A stretch of 64,000 nt of DNA. It comes from Alphaproteobacteria bacterium (lineage in GTDB: Bacteria > Pseudomonadota > Alphaproteobacteria > GCA-2731375). Under the pieces are notes generated by a model. It saw nothing but the letters and a program-made list of their open reading frames with translations. It was not told the DNA's origin and searched no databases. The translations under genes and the position numbers were made by a program. Shown here piece by piece: positions 43,406-54,420 of this stretch. The DNA lies in the NCBI GenBank assembly GCA_965225945.1, contig CBDDBZ010000039.1, positions 256,001 to 320,000 on the forward strand, written 5' to 3'. Within the stretch, counting starts at the first letter, position 1. Every line of letters begins with the position of its first letter.

Positions 43406-44386
43406 ATGACGGGCTTTTTCGACAAGACCTTCTGGGGCCTGACGGCGGGGTTGATCGTCCTGCTCGTGCTCGACTTCGTGCTGGCGGAGTGGCTGCGGTT
43501 CATCGGCTTGCAGTCGCTGGCGCGCGGCGCGGTGGCGCTCGGCCTGCTGATCCTGTGGCGCGCCGGGCTGATCAGCTTCGGGCACGCGCTGTTCTTCGGC
43601 TGGGGCGCCTATGGCGTCGCTTTGCTGCAGAAGCTCGGGATCACCGACGCCTTGGTGTTGATCGCCGTCGGCACGCTCGCCGCGGGCCTGTTGGCCTTCG
43701 TGCTCGGCTTTCTGCTCCGGCGCTACCGGGCGATCTTTTTCGCCCTGCTGAATCTGGCCTTCTCGATGATTTTCTATGGCGTGCTCGCCAAGCTCGAGGT
43801 CCTGGGCTCGACCGACGGCATCGGCGTCAGGCCACCGAGCTATTTCGGCGTGACGCCGGAGGGAGAGAACGGACATATCGCCCTCTTTTTCCTGGTCGTC
43901 GTCCTGGTCTATCTCATGGCGCTCGCCGTGCATCGCTATCTCGCCTCGACGCTCGGCGCGATGACGATCGCGGTCAGGGAAAACGAAATCCGCATGGAAT
44001 ATCTCGGCTACTCCGCCGAACGGGCGATCCACGTCAAATACGTGATCTCCGGTCTCCTCGCCGGCTTCGGCGGCGCGGTCATGGGCTTGGCGGTCGGCCA
44101 TGTCGACCCGGATTCGATGGTCTACTGGCCGGTCTCCGGCGACTTCGTCTTCATCACCATCCTCTCCGGCACCGGGAACGTCGCGGCGACCTTCATCGGC
44201 GCGCTCGCCTTCGAGCTCATTCGAACCTACGCCTTCGAATACGCGCCGCAGATCTGGCAGCTTCTGATGGGCGGCACGCTTCTCGTCATCGTCATGTTTC
44301 TGCCCGACGGCCTGTGGTCGTTGACCGACAAGTACCGAACCTTGCGCGCTCGGCGTGTCCGGGCCGGCGAAGGCGCGGCGGAGTAG
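43406..44386 (+). CDS. LivM-type ABC permease
   Basis: SFGHALFFGWGAY, RENE. Confidence 0.9.
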   Translation: MTGFFDKTFWGLTAGLIVLLVLDFVLAEWLRFIGLQSLARGAVALGLLILWRAGLISFGHALFFGWGAYGVALLQKLGITDALVLIAVGTLAAGLLAFVLGFLLRRYRAIFFALLNLAFSMIFYGVLAKLEVLGSTDGIGVRPPSYFGVTPEGENGHIALFFLVVVLVYLMALAVHRYLASTLGAMTIAVRENEIRMEYLGYSAERAIHVKYVISGLLAGFGGAVMGLAVGHVDPDSMVYWPVSGDFVFITILSGTGNVAATFIGALAFELIRTYAFEYAPQIWQLLMGGTLLVIVMFLPDGLWSLTDKYRTLRARRVRAGEGAAE

Positions 44387-44393
44387 TCGCGCG

Positions 44394-45182
44394 GTGGCGC
44401 CGGTTCTCGAAGTCCACGATCTGGAGAAGTCCTTCGGTGGCGTCGTCGCCGCACGTGGAATCGACGTCGTCGTCGAGGAAGGCGAGACCATCGGCATCAT
44501 CGGCGCCAACGGCGCGGGCAAGACCACCTTCGTCAACATGGTGACGGGATATCTGCCGCCGAGCGGTGGCCGTATCGAGTTCATGGGCCGGAGCATCCTG
44601 GGCCTGTCGCCCCGGCGCATTACCTTGCTCGGCCTGTGCCGGTCCTTCCAGGTGCCGCAGGTCTTCGGCTCGGAAACCGTTTTCGAGAACGTCATGATCG
44701 CGCTGGCCATCGCCGAGGCCCGTGGCCTCGGACTGCTGGCGCCGATGTTCGACCCGGCCCGGGCCGCGCGGGCCGAGGCGCATATGACGCGCTATCAGAT
44801 CGCGGACTATCGCGACGTCGAGGCCGATGCCCTGCCGCAAGGCACCCGCAAGCTGCTGGACATCGCCATGGCGACCGTGCGCCAGCCGAAGCTGGTCATG
44901 CTGGACGAGCCGACGAGCGGGATCAGCGTCGAGGAAAAGTTCGCCCTGATGGACATCATCATGGCGGCATTGCGCCAGGAACGAACGACGGTCTTGTTTA
45001 TCGAGCACGACATGGAAATCGTCGAGCGCTATGTCAGCCGCGTGCTCGCCTTCTATCAGGGCGAGATCATCTGCGACGCGCCGCCGGCCGAGGCGCTGGT
45101 CGACCCCAGGGTCAGGGAATTCGTGGTCGGCCAGGAACATCACCGCGTTACCCACCTGGCCGAGGGCGCCGAGGATGCTTGA
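44394..45182 (+). CDS. LivG-type ABC ATPase
   Basis: GANGAGKTT, LDEP. Confidence 0.9.
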   Translation: MAPVLEVHDLEKSFGGVVAARGIDVVVEEGETIGIIGANGAGKTTFVNMVTGYLPPSGGRIEFMGRSILGLSPRRITLLGLCRSFQVPQVFGSETVFENVMIALAIAEARGLGLLAPMFDPARAARAEAHMTRYQIADYRDVEADALPQGTRKLLDIAMATVRQPKLVMLDEPTSGISVEEKFALMDIIMAALRQERTTVLFIEHDMEIVERYVSRVLAFYQGEIICDAPPAEALVDPRVREFVVGQEHHRVTHLAEGAEDA

Positions 45183-45822
45183 GGTCTCCGGCCTCGACGT
45201 CGATATCGGCCCGGTACCGATCCTGCGCGGCGTCACCCTGGAAGTTCCGAGCGCGAGCATGCGTGGCCTGATCGGGCGCAACGGCGCCGGCAAGACCACC
45301 CTCATGCGGAGCCTGATGGGCGCGCTCGAGCCGCGCGCGGGCAGTGCCAGGTTCGGGGGAGTCGAGATTCTCGAGCTCGCCGGCAACCGCCGCGCGCACC
45401 TGGGTATCGGCTACATGCCGGAAGATCGGCGGCTCATTCCCAATCTGACGGCGGAAGAGAATATTCTCTTGCCGGTTTGGGCGATCGGCGTTACCGACTA
45501 TCGCCGCCGCCTCGAGTGGATCTACGAGCTGATCCACGAAGCGGCCGCGTTCCGCGACCGGCCCGCCGCCGCGCTTTCCGGCGGTCAGCAGAAGATGGTC
45601 GCGCTGGCCCGCGCCCTTCTGGTCGGCACCAAACTGCTGCTGCTGGACGAGCCGATGGAGGGGATCGCGCCGGTACTGGTGGGACGAATCGCCGATATCC
45701 TGGCCGAGCTGAAACGGGAAGGCGAAGCCGTCCTCGTGACCGAATCCAACGACAGCCATATCGCCGACTTGCTCGACGGAAGCTATGTCATCGAGCGCGG
45801 CAGCGTCGTCAGACGAGACTAG
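45175..45822 (+). CDS. LivF-type ABC ATPase
   Basis: GRNGAGKTT, LSGGQQ, LLDEP. Confidence 0.9.
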   Translation: MLEVSGLDVDIGPVPILRGVTLEVPSASMRGLIGRNGAGKTTLMRSLMGALEPRAGSARFGGVEILELAGNRRAHLGIGYMPEDRRLIPNLTAEENILLPVWAIGVTDYRRRLEWIYELIHEAAAFRDRPAAALSGGQQKMVALARALLVGTKLLLLDEPMEGIAPVLVGRIADILAELKREGEAVLVTESNDSHIADLLDGSYVIERGSVVRRD

Positions 45823-46052
45823 CTGTTGTCCGACCCGGCCGGCCTAGGCGATGAACGTGATGGCGGGGACGGCCCGCCTTGCCCGCTCCGCCAACGTTGC
45901 TTGCTCGCCAATAACGAGGGTTTCTCGACCGAACGCTGTAACGCGCTTTGGAGTAGACTGCTAGCCTGTTATCGTCGTGATGGGTTCGATGACGGCCGCC
46001 GAGGTACGATGGTCGGAGACGCTCGCATGGTACAGAGCTCGGTTCGGATACG

Positions 46053-47105
46053 ATGAGCGATTATGACGAAAAGGTAGGCGGCATGAGTTTCGCTGATCTC
46101 ATCGCACCATTCGACGTTGATACCTTCCACAACACGGTGCGAGGGCGCCGGTGGCTGCATGTTCCAGGTGCGTCGGAAAAGACGAGTTCGATCTTTAACT
46201 GGGATCATTTGAACACGATCCTGAACATGGATGTTTGGACAGCCGGCACGGTGACCATCATGCTCGACGGTCAGCGTGCGCCGCCGATGTCCTATTGTAA
46301 CCGGACGGTCAATCGAAACAAACTGTCGGTAATGCAACCCGATCCAGGCAAGATCATCGACTTGATGCGCCATGGAGCGTCGATGGTCCTCGACGACATC
46401 GCGTCACTGGTGCCCTCGGTTGGCGCAGTGGCCGAGATCCTGAAGCGGACGTTCCACGCCAAGGCCGCGGCGAACGTATATTTTTCCCAAAAACGGCATC
46501 GCGCCTTCCAAGCGCACTACGACCGTCACGATGTCTTCTCCCTACAAATCCACGGCGAGAAGATCTGGCGCGTCTATCGGGGTCGGGCTGACAATCCGAT
46601 CGAGCACGATCGCTTCCTCAACATTCCGCAGGCCGAATATGACGGTCTCAAGGGAGCGATCGATCAGGAAGTCAGGATGGCGCCAGGTGATCTACTCTAC
46701 CTGCCGCGCGGTCTTTGCCACGATGCGCTCGCGGTCAGCGACCTCTCGTTGCATTTGACCTTCAGCTGCGCCTTGCCGATGGGTTTACACCTGATCGAGG
46801 ACATGATGGAGCGGTTGATCGGAGAATCGCTGTTCCGAGACGACCTACCCCGCATCGACGGGCGCGACGGCGAAGCCGCGCTCGCGGCCCGCATCGACGC
46901 GCTGATGACCCGTCTGGTCGAGATCTACGGTGGCGAAAACGGCTTGAAGCTGGCTGGCTCGATCATTCGGGGATTCGGCGACGACGCGTCCGCCGAGTTC
47001 GCCTTACCGAGTGTGAGGCCGATGGCATCAAAGCGCTCGGAACCGACCGGCGAGAGAGTGTCCGCTTTTACCGGTCACCGACTTGGTAGAATTGGGGACA
47101 GTTGA
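46053..47105 (+). CDS. JmjC/Cupin_4 2OG-Fe(II) hydroxylase (RoxA/YcfD-like fold)
   Basis: ANVYFS...HYDRHDVFSLQIHGEKIW...PGDLLYLPRGLCHDA...SLHLT. Confidence 0.88.
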   Translation: MSDYDEKVGGMSFADLIAPFDVDTFHNTVRGRRWLHVPGASEKTSSIFNWDHLNTILNMDVWTAGTVTIMLDGQRAPPMSYCNRTVNRNKLSVMQPDPGKIIDLMRHGASMVLDDIASLVPSVGAVAEILKRTFHAKAAANVYFSQKRHRAFQAHYDRHDVFSLQIHGEKIWRVYRGRADNPIEHDRFLNIPQAEYDGLKGAIDQEVRMAPGDLLYLPRGLCHDALAVSDLSLHLTFSCALPMGLHLIEDMMERLIGESLFRDDLPRIDGRDGEAALAARIDALMTRLVEIYGGENGLKLAGSIIRGFGDDASAEFALPSVRPMASKRSEPTGERVSAFTGHRLGRIGDS

Positions 47106-47380
47106 GGCAGTCGCAAAATGCTTGAGTGATCGTAGCTTAGTTTTTGGCCTTTGTCGATTTGACTCGTCTTCGGGGTTTTCGTGTTGATCGGGCCGCGATG
47201 AGACCGGCTTCGCTGAAATTTAGCCGTGGAAGAATAATTTCCCGCGATGAACGGGATTCGGGGCCTTCAGGACGGCCGGGTCTACCTATCGAACAAGCGC
47301 ATTACTCATGAGATGGTGATTGGCCGAGGCGCGGGGGTCGGGCCGACCCGGCTGCGCCATCCGCTCCTCCTTCCACGGAT

Positions 47381-48217
47381 TCACCTCTCCAAGGGCAGGT
47401 AGCCGAATCGCTCCATTGCGACGCGGTTGACCTCGACGATGTGCTCGACCTGTTCCACGCTCAGCACTTCCCGCCAGCCGTCGCGCCGGCCCTGGCGGAA
47501 GAAGGAGGGGTTGCGCGGGCTGCGCTCGCGAAAGCCGTCGCGTTCTTCTTGGCCCTTGAGTTCCTCGAAGGAGGCGAAGCGGATGGCCCGGGCCAGTTGT
47601 TCCCGATTCGGACGCAGGCCCAGGAAGCGGGCGATCTTGCCGAAACTCTTCTCCGGCGCGTCCAAGAGATCCTCGTAGCGCGCGACATGGATGGTGAGGC
47701 CCGGCGCTTGGACCCAGCTGAAGACATGGCTCTGCCAGGTGCTGAGGATCTGAAAGACAGTGCGCTCCGCCGTCACCGTGTGGTTGTCGTGGTGACAGAT
47801 TGCCGCCACTGCCTCTTCCATGGAGAGACCCAGATGGCGGGAATAGGAGACCACGACATCGAGCGGATTGCGCATCAGGTAGATCGCGCCCGCCGTCACC
47901 TCCGGCGTGATCGTGGAGACGCCGTCATAGGCGATGAGGGCGTTGTGGGTCTTCACAAACGTGGTGTCGGGGCGCAATTCGGCGAGATAACGATGCACCC
48001 GGGGCCGGAGCGCGTGTAGCACCGCGTCGCCCATCTCAACCAGCGGCCGCTGGGCCACCTCCTCGAAATAGCCGGCGCGGAGGTCGCTCGCGGTGAAGTC
48101 CGACAACTGATTGATCGGGAACGGCGTCTCCGCTCCGGTCAGCATGTTCGCCAGGAAGGCGCGGAGCCAGGTATTGCCGGATTTCGGATAGGAGGCGAGC
48201 CAGAGTATGGCGCCCAT
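47381..48217 (-). CDS. PAPS-dependent sulfotransferase (copy 3)
   Basis: LASYPKSGNTW, VKTH, RNPLDVVVS, RYEDL, FFRQG. Confidence 0.92.
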   Translation of the reverse strand: MGAILWLASYPKSGNTWLRAFLANMLTGAETPFPINQLSDFTASDLRAGYFEEVAQRPLVEMGDAVLHALRPRVHRYLAELRPDTTFVKTHNALIAYDGVSTITPEVTAGAIYLMRNPLDVVVSYSRHLGLSMEEAVAAICHHDNHTVTAERTVFQILSTWQSHVFSWVQAPGLTIHVARYEDLLDAPEKSFGKIARFLGLRPNREQLARAIRFASFEELKGQEERDGFRERSPRNPSFFRQGRRDGWREVLSVEQVEHIVEVNRVAMERFGYLPLER

Positions 48218-48881
48218 TATCGAGACCTCACGCGAGATAGCCGAAGCGGATCATCATCGCCTCGTTGACGGCGATGAGCGTGGCCACCTGTGCAGGCGAC
48301 AATACTTTCTTCCATCCCCCGGCGCGACCCTGGCGGAAGAACTGGACCGTGGTCGGGCCGCGTTCGACGAAGCCGTGCCGCCGTTCCTGTTCCTGCAATC
48401 GATCGAAGGCGGAGAATTGGATGGCGCGCTCGAGCTCGCGGCGCGCTGGCTCGCGGCCGAGATAGCGCGCGATGGCGCGCTGTCGGTGGCGATGAAAAAC
48501 CGCGCTTAGATGGTGATTTCAGCGACATCGGGCATCGTGGCGCTGTAGCTGCGTGGTTTGCAGGCGGGAGTTGGCTCGGCGCAGCGGTGGGTAAGTAGCC
48601 CGCCGCAGCGACCGCCAAGAGTCTGGCGGCGGCGGGCTGCTTATCCACCGCGGGCGGGCGTCTCGATTCCTGTTTTGGCTGGCTGGCGGCGGCGGTTCCG
48701 CGGACCTGACAAGGGGAGCCGCGGGAGTACACTCGGGCCGCTGAGAACGATGCGGCGCCGGCCCCGTTTGCTTGCTGGCAACGACCGGCACCGCACCCCC
48801 CGAGCCATGCAAGGCACGACCCATATGCGCAGTATCGTGCGGGTTTGGGCGTGGGTCCACCCCGTTCTCATCGGCTGCGCG

Positions 48882-49322
48882 ATGAAGAACACCGCCCGCC
48901 TGTTCAACTGCGCCTCGTGCCATCAACAGGTGGTTCTCTGCCGGCACTGCGACCACGGCAACATCTACTGTTCACGGAGCTGCAGCGATCGGGTGCGCCG
49001 GCGATCGCAGCGCCATGCCGGGCAGCGCTACCAGAACAGCCGGCGGGGCCGTCACAAGCATGCTGAGCGCCAGCGGCGCTATCGCGAACGCCGGCGGCGC
49101 CGGACGCCGGTGAATCGGCGCCGCGGGCAGGAAGTGACGCATCACCCTTTGACCGCCGCGCGGCGGCGTCCTGTTGTGGCGCGGACGCCGGCAGGGCGTC
49201 CCGGAACACGGCCCTTCGGGCACGAGCGGCCCGCCAGGGTCTTCCGCTGCGATCGCTGCGGCCGGTTCTGCGGGCAGGCGGTCTATCCGGGGCTGCGCCC
49301 GACGGGAAAGGGGGTGAGATGA
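48882..49322 (+). CDS. Cys-rich, Arg-rich small protein (putative Zn-binding), coupled to istA
   Basis: CASC...[15 protein letters not shown]...CDRCGRFC; ATGA overlap with istA. Confidence 0.75.
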   Translation: MKNTARLFNCASCHQQVVLCRHCDHGNIYCSRSCSDRVRRRSQRHAGQRYQNSRRGRHKHAERQRRYRERRRRRTPVNRRRGQEVTHHPLTAARRRPVVARTPAGRPGTRPFGHERPARVFRCDRCGRFCGQAVYPGLRPTGKGVR

Positions 49323-50824
49323 CCATCGACAAGGAGACCCGCGCGGAGATCCTGCGCCTGTATCACGTCGAGAAGTGGACGGTCGGCACGATCACACGCC
49401 AGCTCGGCGTGCATCGCTACACCGTCGAGCGCCTCCTCACCGCGGCCGGCGAGCCCCGGGACGCGAGGTCGCCCAGGCCGTCGATGATCGATCCATACGT
49501 GCCGTTCATCGCCGAGACGCTGGCATCCTGGCCGACGCTGCCCGCCAGCCGGCTCTACCAGATGGTGCGCGAACGCGGCTATCCGGGCGGCGGCGACCAC
49601 TTCCGTCATCTGCTCAGCCACTTCAGGCCCAGGCCCGTGGCCGAGGCCTATCTGCGCCTCAAGACCCTTCCCGGCGAGCAGGCCCAGGTCGACTGGGGAC
49701 ACTTCGGCAAGGTGACGATCGGCCGCGCGGAGCGCCGCCTGATGGGCTTCGTGATGGTTCTCAGCTACTCGCGGCGGATCTTCCTGCGCTTCTACCTCGA
49801 CGCCGGGATGAGCAACTTCCTGCGCGGCCATGTCGAAGCCTTCGAGGCGTGGCAGGGCGTGCCCCGCGAGCTCTGGTACGACAACCTGAAGAGCGTCGTG
49901 CTGGAGCGCCGCGGCGCCGCCATCCGGTTCAATCCCCGGATCCTCGACCTCGCCGGCCACTACCACTTCCTGCCCAAGCCCGTCGCGGTCGCGCGCGGCA
50001 ACGAGAAGGGGCGCGTGGAGCGGGCGATTCGCTATGTCCGGACCAGCTTCTTCGCCGCCCGCCGGTGGCGCGATATCGACGATCTCAACGCCCAGGCCCT
50101 GGCCTGGTGCCACGGCATCGCCGCCGACCGCCCCTGGCCCGAAGACCGCTCGATCACCGTGCGCGAGGCCTTCGAGCGGGAACGCGGCTCTCTCATCGCG
50201 CTGCCCGGCGATCCCTTCCCCGACCACGACCGGGTCGAGGTCGCCATCGGCAAGACCCCCTACGCCCGCTTCGATCTCAACGATTACAGCGTGCCGCACA
50301 CCCATGTGCGGCGCACCCTCGTCGTGGTCGCGACGCTCGACGAGGTGCGCATCCTCGACGGTGTGGACGTCATCGCCAGCCATCCGCGCAGCTTCGACAA
50401 GGCGGCCCGCATCGAGAACCCCGAGCACATCGCCGAGCTGGTCAGGCGCAAGAGCCATGCCCGCCGCCTTCGCGGCCAGGACCGGCTGGTCCAGGCCGCG
50501 CCCAACAGCGAGCGCCTGCTCGCCGAGGCCGCCCAGCGCGGCGGCTATATAGGCGCCACCGTCGCCGCCCTGTTGCGCCTCCTCGACGCCTACGGCGCCG
50601 CCGAGCTCGAGGCGGCCATCGACGAGGCCCTGAAGCGGGACGTTCCCCATCCCAACGCCGTGCGCCTGAGCCTGACCCGGCGGCGCGAGCTGCGGCACCA
50701 ACCCCCGCCCATCCCCGTCGAACTGCCCGGCGATCCGAGAGTGCGCGACATCACTGTCCGCGATCACGACCTCGTCGGATACGACGGGCTGGCCGGCGAA
50801 CCCGAGGAGGACAGCGAGCAATGA
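49319..50824 (+). CDS. istA: IS21 transposase
   Basis: [23 protein letters not shown]. Confidence 0.94.
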   Translation: MTIDKETRAEILRLYHVEKWTVGTITRQLGVHRYTVERLLTAAGEPRDARSPRPSMIDPYVPFIAETLASWPTLPASRLYQMVRERGYPGGGDHFRHLLSHFRPRPVAEAYLRLKTLPGEQAQVDWGHFGKVTIGRAERRLMGFVMVLSYSRRIFLRFYLDAGMSNFLRGHVEAFEAWQGVPRELWYDNLKSVVLERRGAAIRFNPRILDLAGHYHFLPKPVAVARGNEKGRVERAIRYVRTSFFAARRWRDIDDLNAQALAWCHGIAADRPWPEDRSITVREAFERERGSLIALPGDPFPDHDRVEVAIGKTPYARFDLNDYSVPHTHVRRTLVVVATLDEVRILDGVDVIASHPRSFDKAARIENPEHIAELVRRKSHARRLRGQDRLVQAAPNSERLLAEAAQRGGYIGATVAALLRLLDAYGAAELEAAIDEALKRDVPHPNAVRLSLTRRRELRHQPPPIPVELPGDPRVRDITVRDHDLVGYDGLAGEPEEDSEQ

Positions 50825-51609
50825 ACGATACCCTCATGGGCCGTGCCCGGGCGCTCGGCCTGCACGGCCTCGCCGCCCACTGGGGCGAGGTCGCCGGGCA
50901 TGACTGGCCCGCTGCGCTGGTCGCCTGGGAAGAGGAGGAACGGCGAAGCCGCAGCCTCAAGCGCCGCCTCGGCGACGCCCGCCTCGGACAGTTCAAGCCG
51001 CTCGCCGACTTCGACTGGGCATGGCCGCGCCGCTGCGACCGCATGGCCGTCGAGGATCTCATGAGCCTCGAGTTCCTCAACGAGGCCGCCAACGTCGTCC
51101 TGGTCGGCCCAAACGGCGTCGGCAAGTCGACCATCGCCGCCAATATCGCCCACCGCGCCGTCCTCGAGGGCCACACCGTGCGCTTCGCCACCGCGGCCAG
51201 CATGCTCGGCGAGCTCGCCGCCCTCGACAGCGACACCCTGCTTCAGCGCAGGCTGCGCTTCTACGCCCGCCAACACCTGCTGGTGATCGACGAGGTCGGA
51301 TACCTGTCCTACAGCAACCGCCATGCCGATCTGCTGTTCAACATCGTCTCCAGCCGCAGCCAGCAGAACTCCACCATAATCACCACCAACCGGCCCTTCG
51401 CCGAGTGGGGTGAGGCCTTCCCCAACGCCGCCTGCCTCGTCGCCCTGGTCGACCGCCTCGTCCACAACGCCGAGATCATCGCCATCGACGGCGAGTCCTG
51501 GCGCCGCAAGGAGGCCGAGGAACGCCAGAAGCAGCGCAGCGCCGAGCGCCGCCGGCGGCGAGCCGGCAAGGCCGGCGTGCAGGACCGCGGGGAACCGCCG
51601 CCGGCGTAG
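50821..51609 (+). CDS. istB: IS21 helper AAA+ ATPase
   Basis: [26 protein letters not shown]. Confidence 0.94.
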   Translation: MNDTLMGRARALGLHGLAAHWGEVAGHDWPAALVAWEEEERRSRSLKRRLGDARLGQFKPLADFDWAWPRRCDRMAVEDLMSLEFLNEAANVVLVGPNGVGKSTIAANIAHRAVLEGHTVRFATAASMLGELAALDSDTLLQRRLRFYARQHLLVIDEVGYLSYSNRHADLLFNIVSSRSQQNSTIITTNRPFAEWGEAFPNAACLVALVDRLVHNAEIIAIDGESWRRKEAEERQKQRSAERRRRRAGKAGVQDRGEPPPA

Positions 51610-51611
51610 CC

Positions 51612-52761
51612 ATGGATGGTCCCCGCCTCTGGGACCGGCGGGTGCGGGCCGAGGCCCTGCGAGGCTATCCCCTCGAAGACGTCGTCCGCCGCCTCGGCTA
51701 CCGCCGCGATCCCACCGATGCCGCGCGCTGGAGGCGTCCCGGATCCGTCATCAGCATCAACGGCTTTATGTTCTACGAACATCTGCGCGGCGAGGGCGGG
51801 GGCGGAGCGATTGAATCGGAATGGTGGTCTACCCGCACTACCAACTCCTGCCCCGGAATTGTGAAGGATCTGTTCGGGGCGGAAAGCCTCGCGCGGAGGG
51901 GCGGGAACAGCGCCGAGTCCGTCCAGGCGTCGTCGATGTGATCCGCGAACTCGGCGCCGGTCAAGCACATGGACGAACCGGCTTGCGGACCGACCTGCAA
52001 CGCCCATCACCTGCGCGAGTTGCAAGCCCTGATCGAGATCGAGAAGGAGGGCTGGGCACAAGATGGTAATCCATGCCTGCCGGTGCACCGTGCCCGAGGC
52101 CCTCGGCTTCTTCTCGGAACTGCCGTGCCGTGACCGGTTCCCGGCCGATCGCCACCCGAAGCCGCCGTGCCCGGACCGCCACTGGCCCGCCATCCAGAGC
52201 TACCTCGTCGAGCAGCGCGGCCTCGCGGATGTGCTCGTCGCCCTGTGCCGCGACCTCGGCTTGCTCTACGCCGACCGCCACGGCAACGCCGTGTTCGTCC
52301 GCCGAAACGCGGCCGGCGAGGCTCTCGGCGCCGAGATCGTCCCTGCCGCGGCGCCACGCCGCCTCGCGCCGACCGGCGCCGCCGCGCGCGGCGGCTTCTG
52401 GATGTCGTGGGAACCCGACTGGCCGAACTCCGTCATCCTCGCCAAGAACGCAATCGACGCCCTGTCGGTCCTCTCCCTCCACCTCGTCCCGGCCGGGCGC
52501 AAGGGATGCGCCGTGGTCTCAACCGGCGGCGCCACCGCAAGCCTCCCCGAATGGATCGAGGCCTGGAACCCCGGCCGGATCTTCTGCGCCTACGACGCCA
52601 CCCGCCAGGGCGATGACGCCGCGGCACGGCTCATCCGAAACGACAGCAGGGTCGTCCGCCTGCGCCCTGCCCTCGACGGCCTGGACTGGAACGACATGCT
52701 CATGCGCGCGACCGCGCCGGCGAACCGCTCCAGATCGATGACCGGCCCCTCGACTGAATAG
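51612..52761 (+). pseudogene. DUF3991/toprim primase-like passenger gene, interrupted by about 250 bp of foreign sequence
   Basis: ...FYEHLRGEGGGGAI | VIHA...YLVEQRGL...NAIDALS...STGG...CAYDA...DWND. Confidence 0.65.
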
Positions 52762-53463
52762 CCACAGCGCGAAACAAAATCAGCCAAGCCCAAAAGCATC
52801 CCGTCAGCCAACCGCCACCGACCGCTCAAAAAGAGCACCATATAAGCGCACCCTGGAACCACCGCTAACACGCGCCGAAGGTCGGCCTCGGTTTGGCCAG
52901 CATGTCCTCGTAGCGAACCACATGGGCGTTCAGACCGGAGGCATCGACCCAACTCGCGACATGCTGGCTCCAGCTACCCAATTGCGAGAACACGTTGCGC
53001 CCCAACGTCGGCAACCGATAGTCCTCGCGGCAGAGCGCCGCCACAGCGTCGTCCAGCGATAGGGCGAAATGATCGGCGAACGAAACCGCGACGTCGCGGG
53101 GGTCGCGTAGCACATAGATGGCGCCCGCCGTTAGCTCGGGCGTGATGGTCGCGATCTCGTCGAGACGGACGACGGCATTGTGGGTCTTGACGAAGACGGG
53201 CTCGCGGTCGAGGCCGGCGAGGAAGCGATGAACGTGGGGCCGCAGGCGATGCAGGCGCGCTTCGTCGAGCTGTTCGATGTCGGTGCCCGAGGCCCGCTCG
53301 AACAGTCCGGCGCGGGAATCGCTGTAGCCGAATTCCCTGAGCATGTTGATGTCGACGGGCTGGTCGGCGGCGCCGCGGAGATTGGCCAGAAAGGCGCGCA
53401 GCCAGGTATTGCCGGACTTGGGATAGGACGCGAGCCAGATGATCCCCGACACGGCCGTGAGAC

Positions 53464-54291
53464 CTAAGGCAGATAGCCGAACTCGGCCATGACCTCGCCG
53501 TGGGCCCGGACCATGCGGTCGATCTGCGCCGATGTGAGCGCCTCGCGCCACTGTCCGGCCCGGCCCTCGCGGAAAAAGGCCTCGGCGCTACGGCTCTTCT
53601 CGGCGAAGCCGTGGCGCTTCTCCTGGCGGCGCATTTCGGCGAAGGAGGCGTTGCGGACGGCGCGGCGTAGGCGGCCGCGCGGCACCTTCAGGTCGAGGAA
53701 GTCTGTGATTCCCCCGAACCCGTCGAGCGGGCTCGCCAACAGATCTTCGTAGCGCACGACATGGCGATTGAGCCCCGACGCCCGGGTCCAGCCGCGCACA
53801 TGGCCGCTCCAATCGCCGAGATACTGGAACACCGCGGCGGCTGAGGTGGTGACGTGATTCTCGGGCGAGGCCATGGCTGAGATCGCCGAATCGAGGTCGA
53901 GGCCGTAGTGATCGCCATAAGAGAGGACGATGTCGAGCGGGTTGCGGACGAGGTAGATCGCGCCCTCCGTCACCTCCGGCGTAATGGTGGCGATGTCGTC
54001 GCGCGTGGCGATGGCGTTGTGCGTCTTGACCATCGCGGTCTCCGCCCGAAGGCTGGCGAGCAGACGGTGGACCTGGGGCCGTAGCGAATGGATTTCAGCG
54101 TCGGAGATCGCGCCGACCGGCTTGCCGGCGACCCGTTCATAGAGGTCGCTCGACATCTCGCCCAGGAAGTAGCGCCCGAGGTCGTTGATGTCGTACGCCG
54201 ACTTGGCGTCCGAGAACAGGTTGGCGAGAAAGATGCGGAGCCAGGTGTTGCCCGACTTCGGATACGAGGCAAGCCAGAGAATGCCCGCCAT
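53464..54291 (-). CDS. PAPS-dependent sulfotransferase (copy 1)
   Basis: LASYPKSGNTW, VKTH, RNPLDIVLS, RYEDL, FFREG. Confidence 0.92.
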   Translation of the reverse strand: MAGILWLASYPKSGNTWLRIFLANLFSDAKSAYDINDLGRYFLGEMSSDLYERVAGKPVGAISDAEIHSLRPQVHRLLASLRAETAMVKTHNAIATRDDIATITPEVTEGAIYLVRNPLDIVLSYGDHYGLDLDSAISAMASPENHVTTSAAAVFQYLGDWSGHVRGWTRASGLNRHVVRYEDLLASPLDGFGGITDFLDLKVPRGRLRRAVRNASFAEMRRQEKRHGFAEKSRSAEAFFREGRAGQWREALTSAQIDRMVRAHGEVMAEFGYLP

Positions 54292-54366
54292 GTCCACTCC
54301 CGACGGCAAGGCGTCGCGCGTCCGAATTTCGTATCGATGACGTGAACATCCCGAGACTCGGAGCCG

Positions 54367-54398
54367 AAAAAAGAAGGAGCGGCCTAAGCCGCTCCTTC
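54367..54398 (-). terminator. Rho-independent terminator of the porin gene
   Basis: GAAGGAGCGGC-loop-GCCGCTCCTTC followed by a T-run on the minus strand. Confidence 0.8.
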
Positions 54399-54420
54399 CC
54401 GTTCTAGACTTACGTCTCGA

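Larger units (their letters stand above)
48481..52870 (+). mobile_element. IS21-family element with passenger genes (4390 bp)
   Basis: TGT...ACA ends sharing GCGCTTA(G/T)ATGGTG; CGCGC flanking direct repeat; istA/istB. Confidence 0.9.
48228..53452 (-). pseudogene. PAPS-dependent sulfotransferase (copy 2) split by the IS21 element
   Basis: 5' part 52871-53452 (LASYPKSGNTW...RYEDMLAKPRPTFG); 3' part 48228-48480 (AIARYLG...FFRQGRAGGW...FGYLA*). Confidence 0.9.

Noticed and set aside
46053-47105. Calling the JmjC gene roxA/ycfD
   Set aside because: Only the fold and metal motif are supported; orthology cannot be shown without phylogeny
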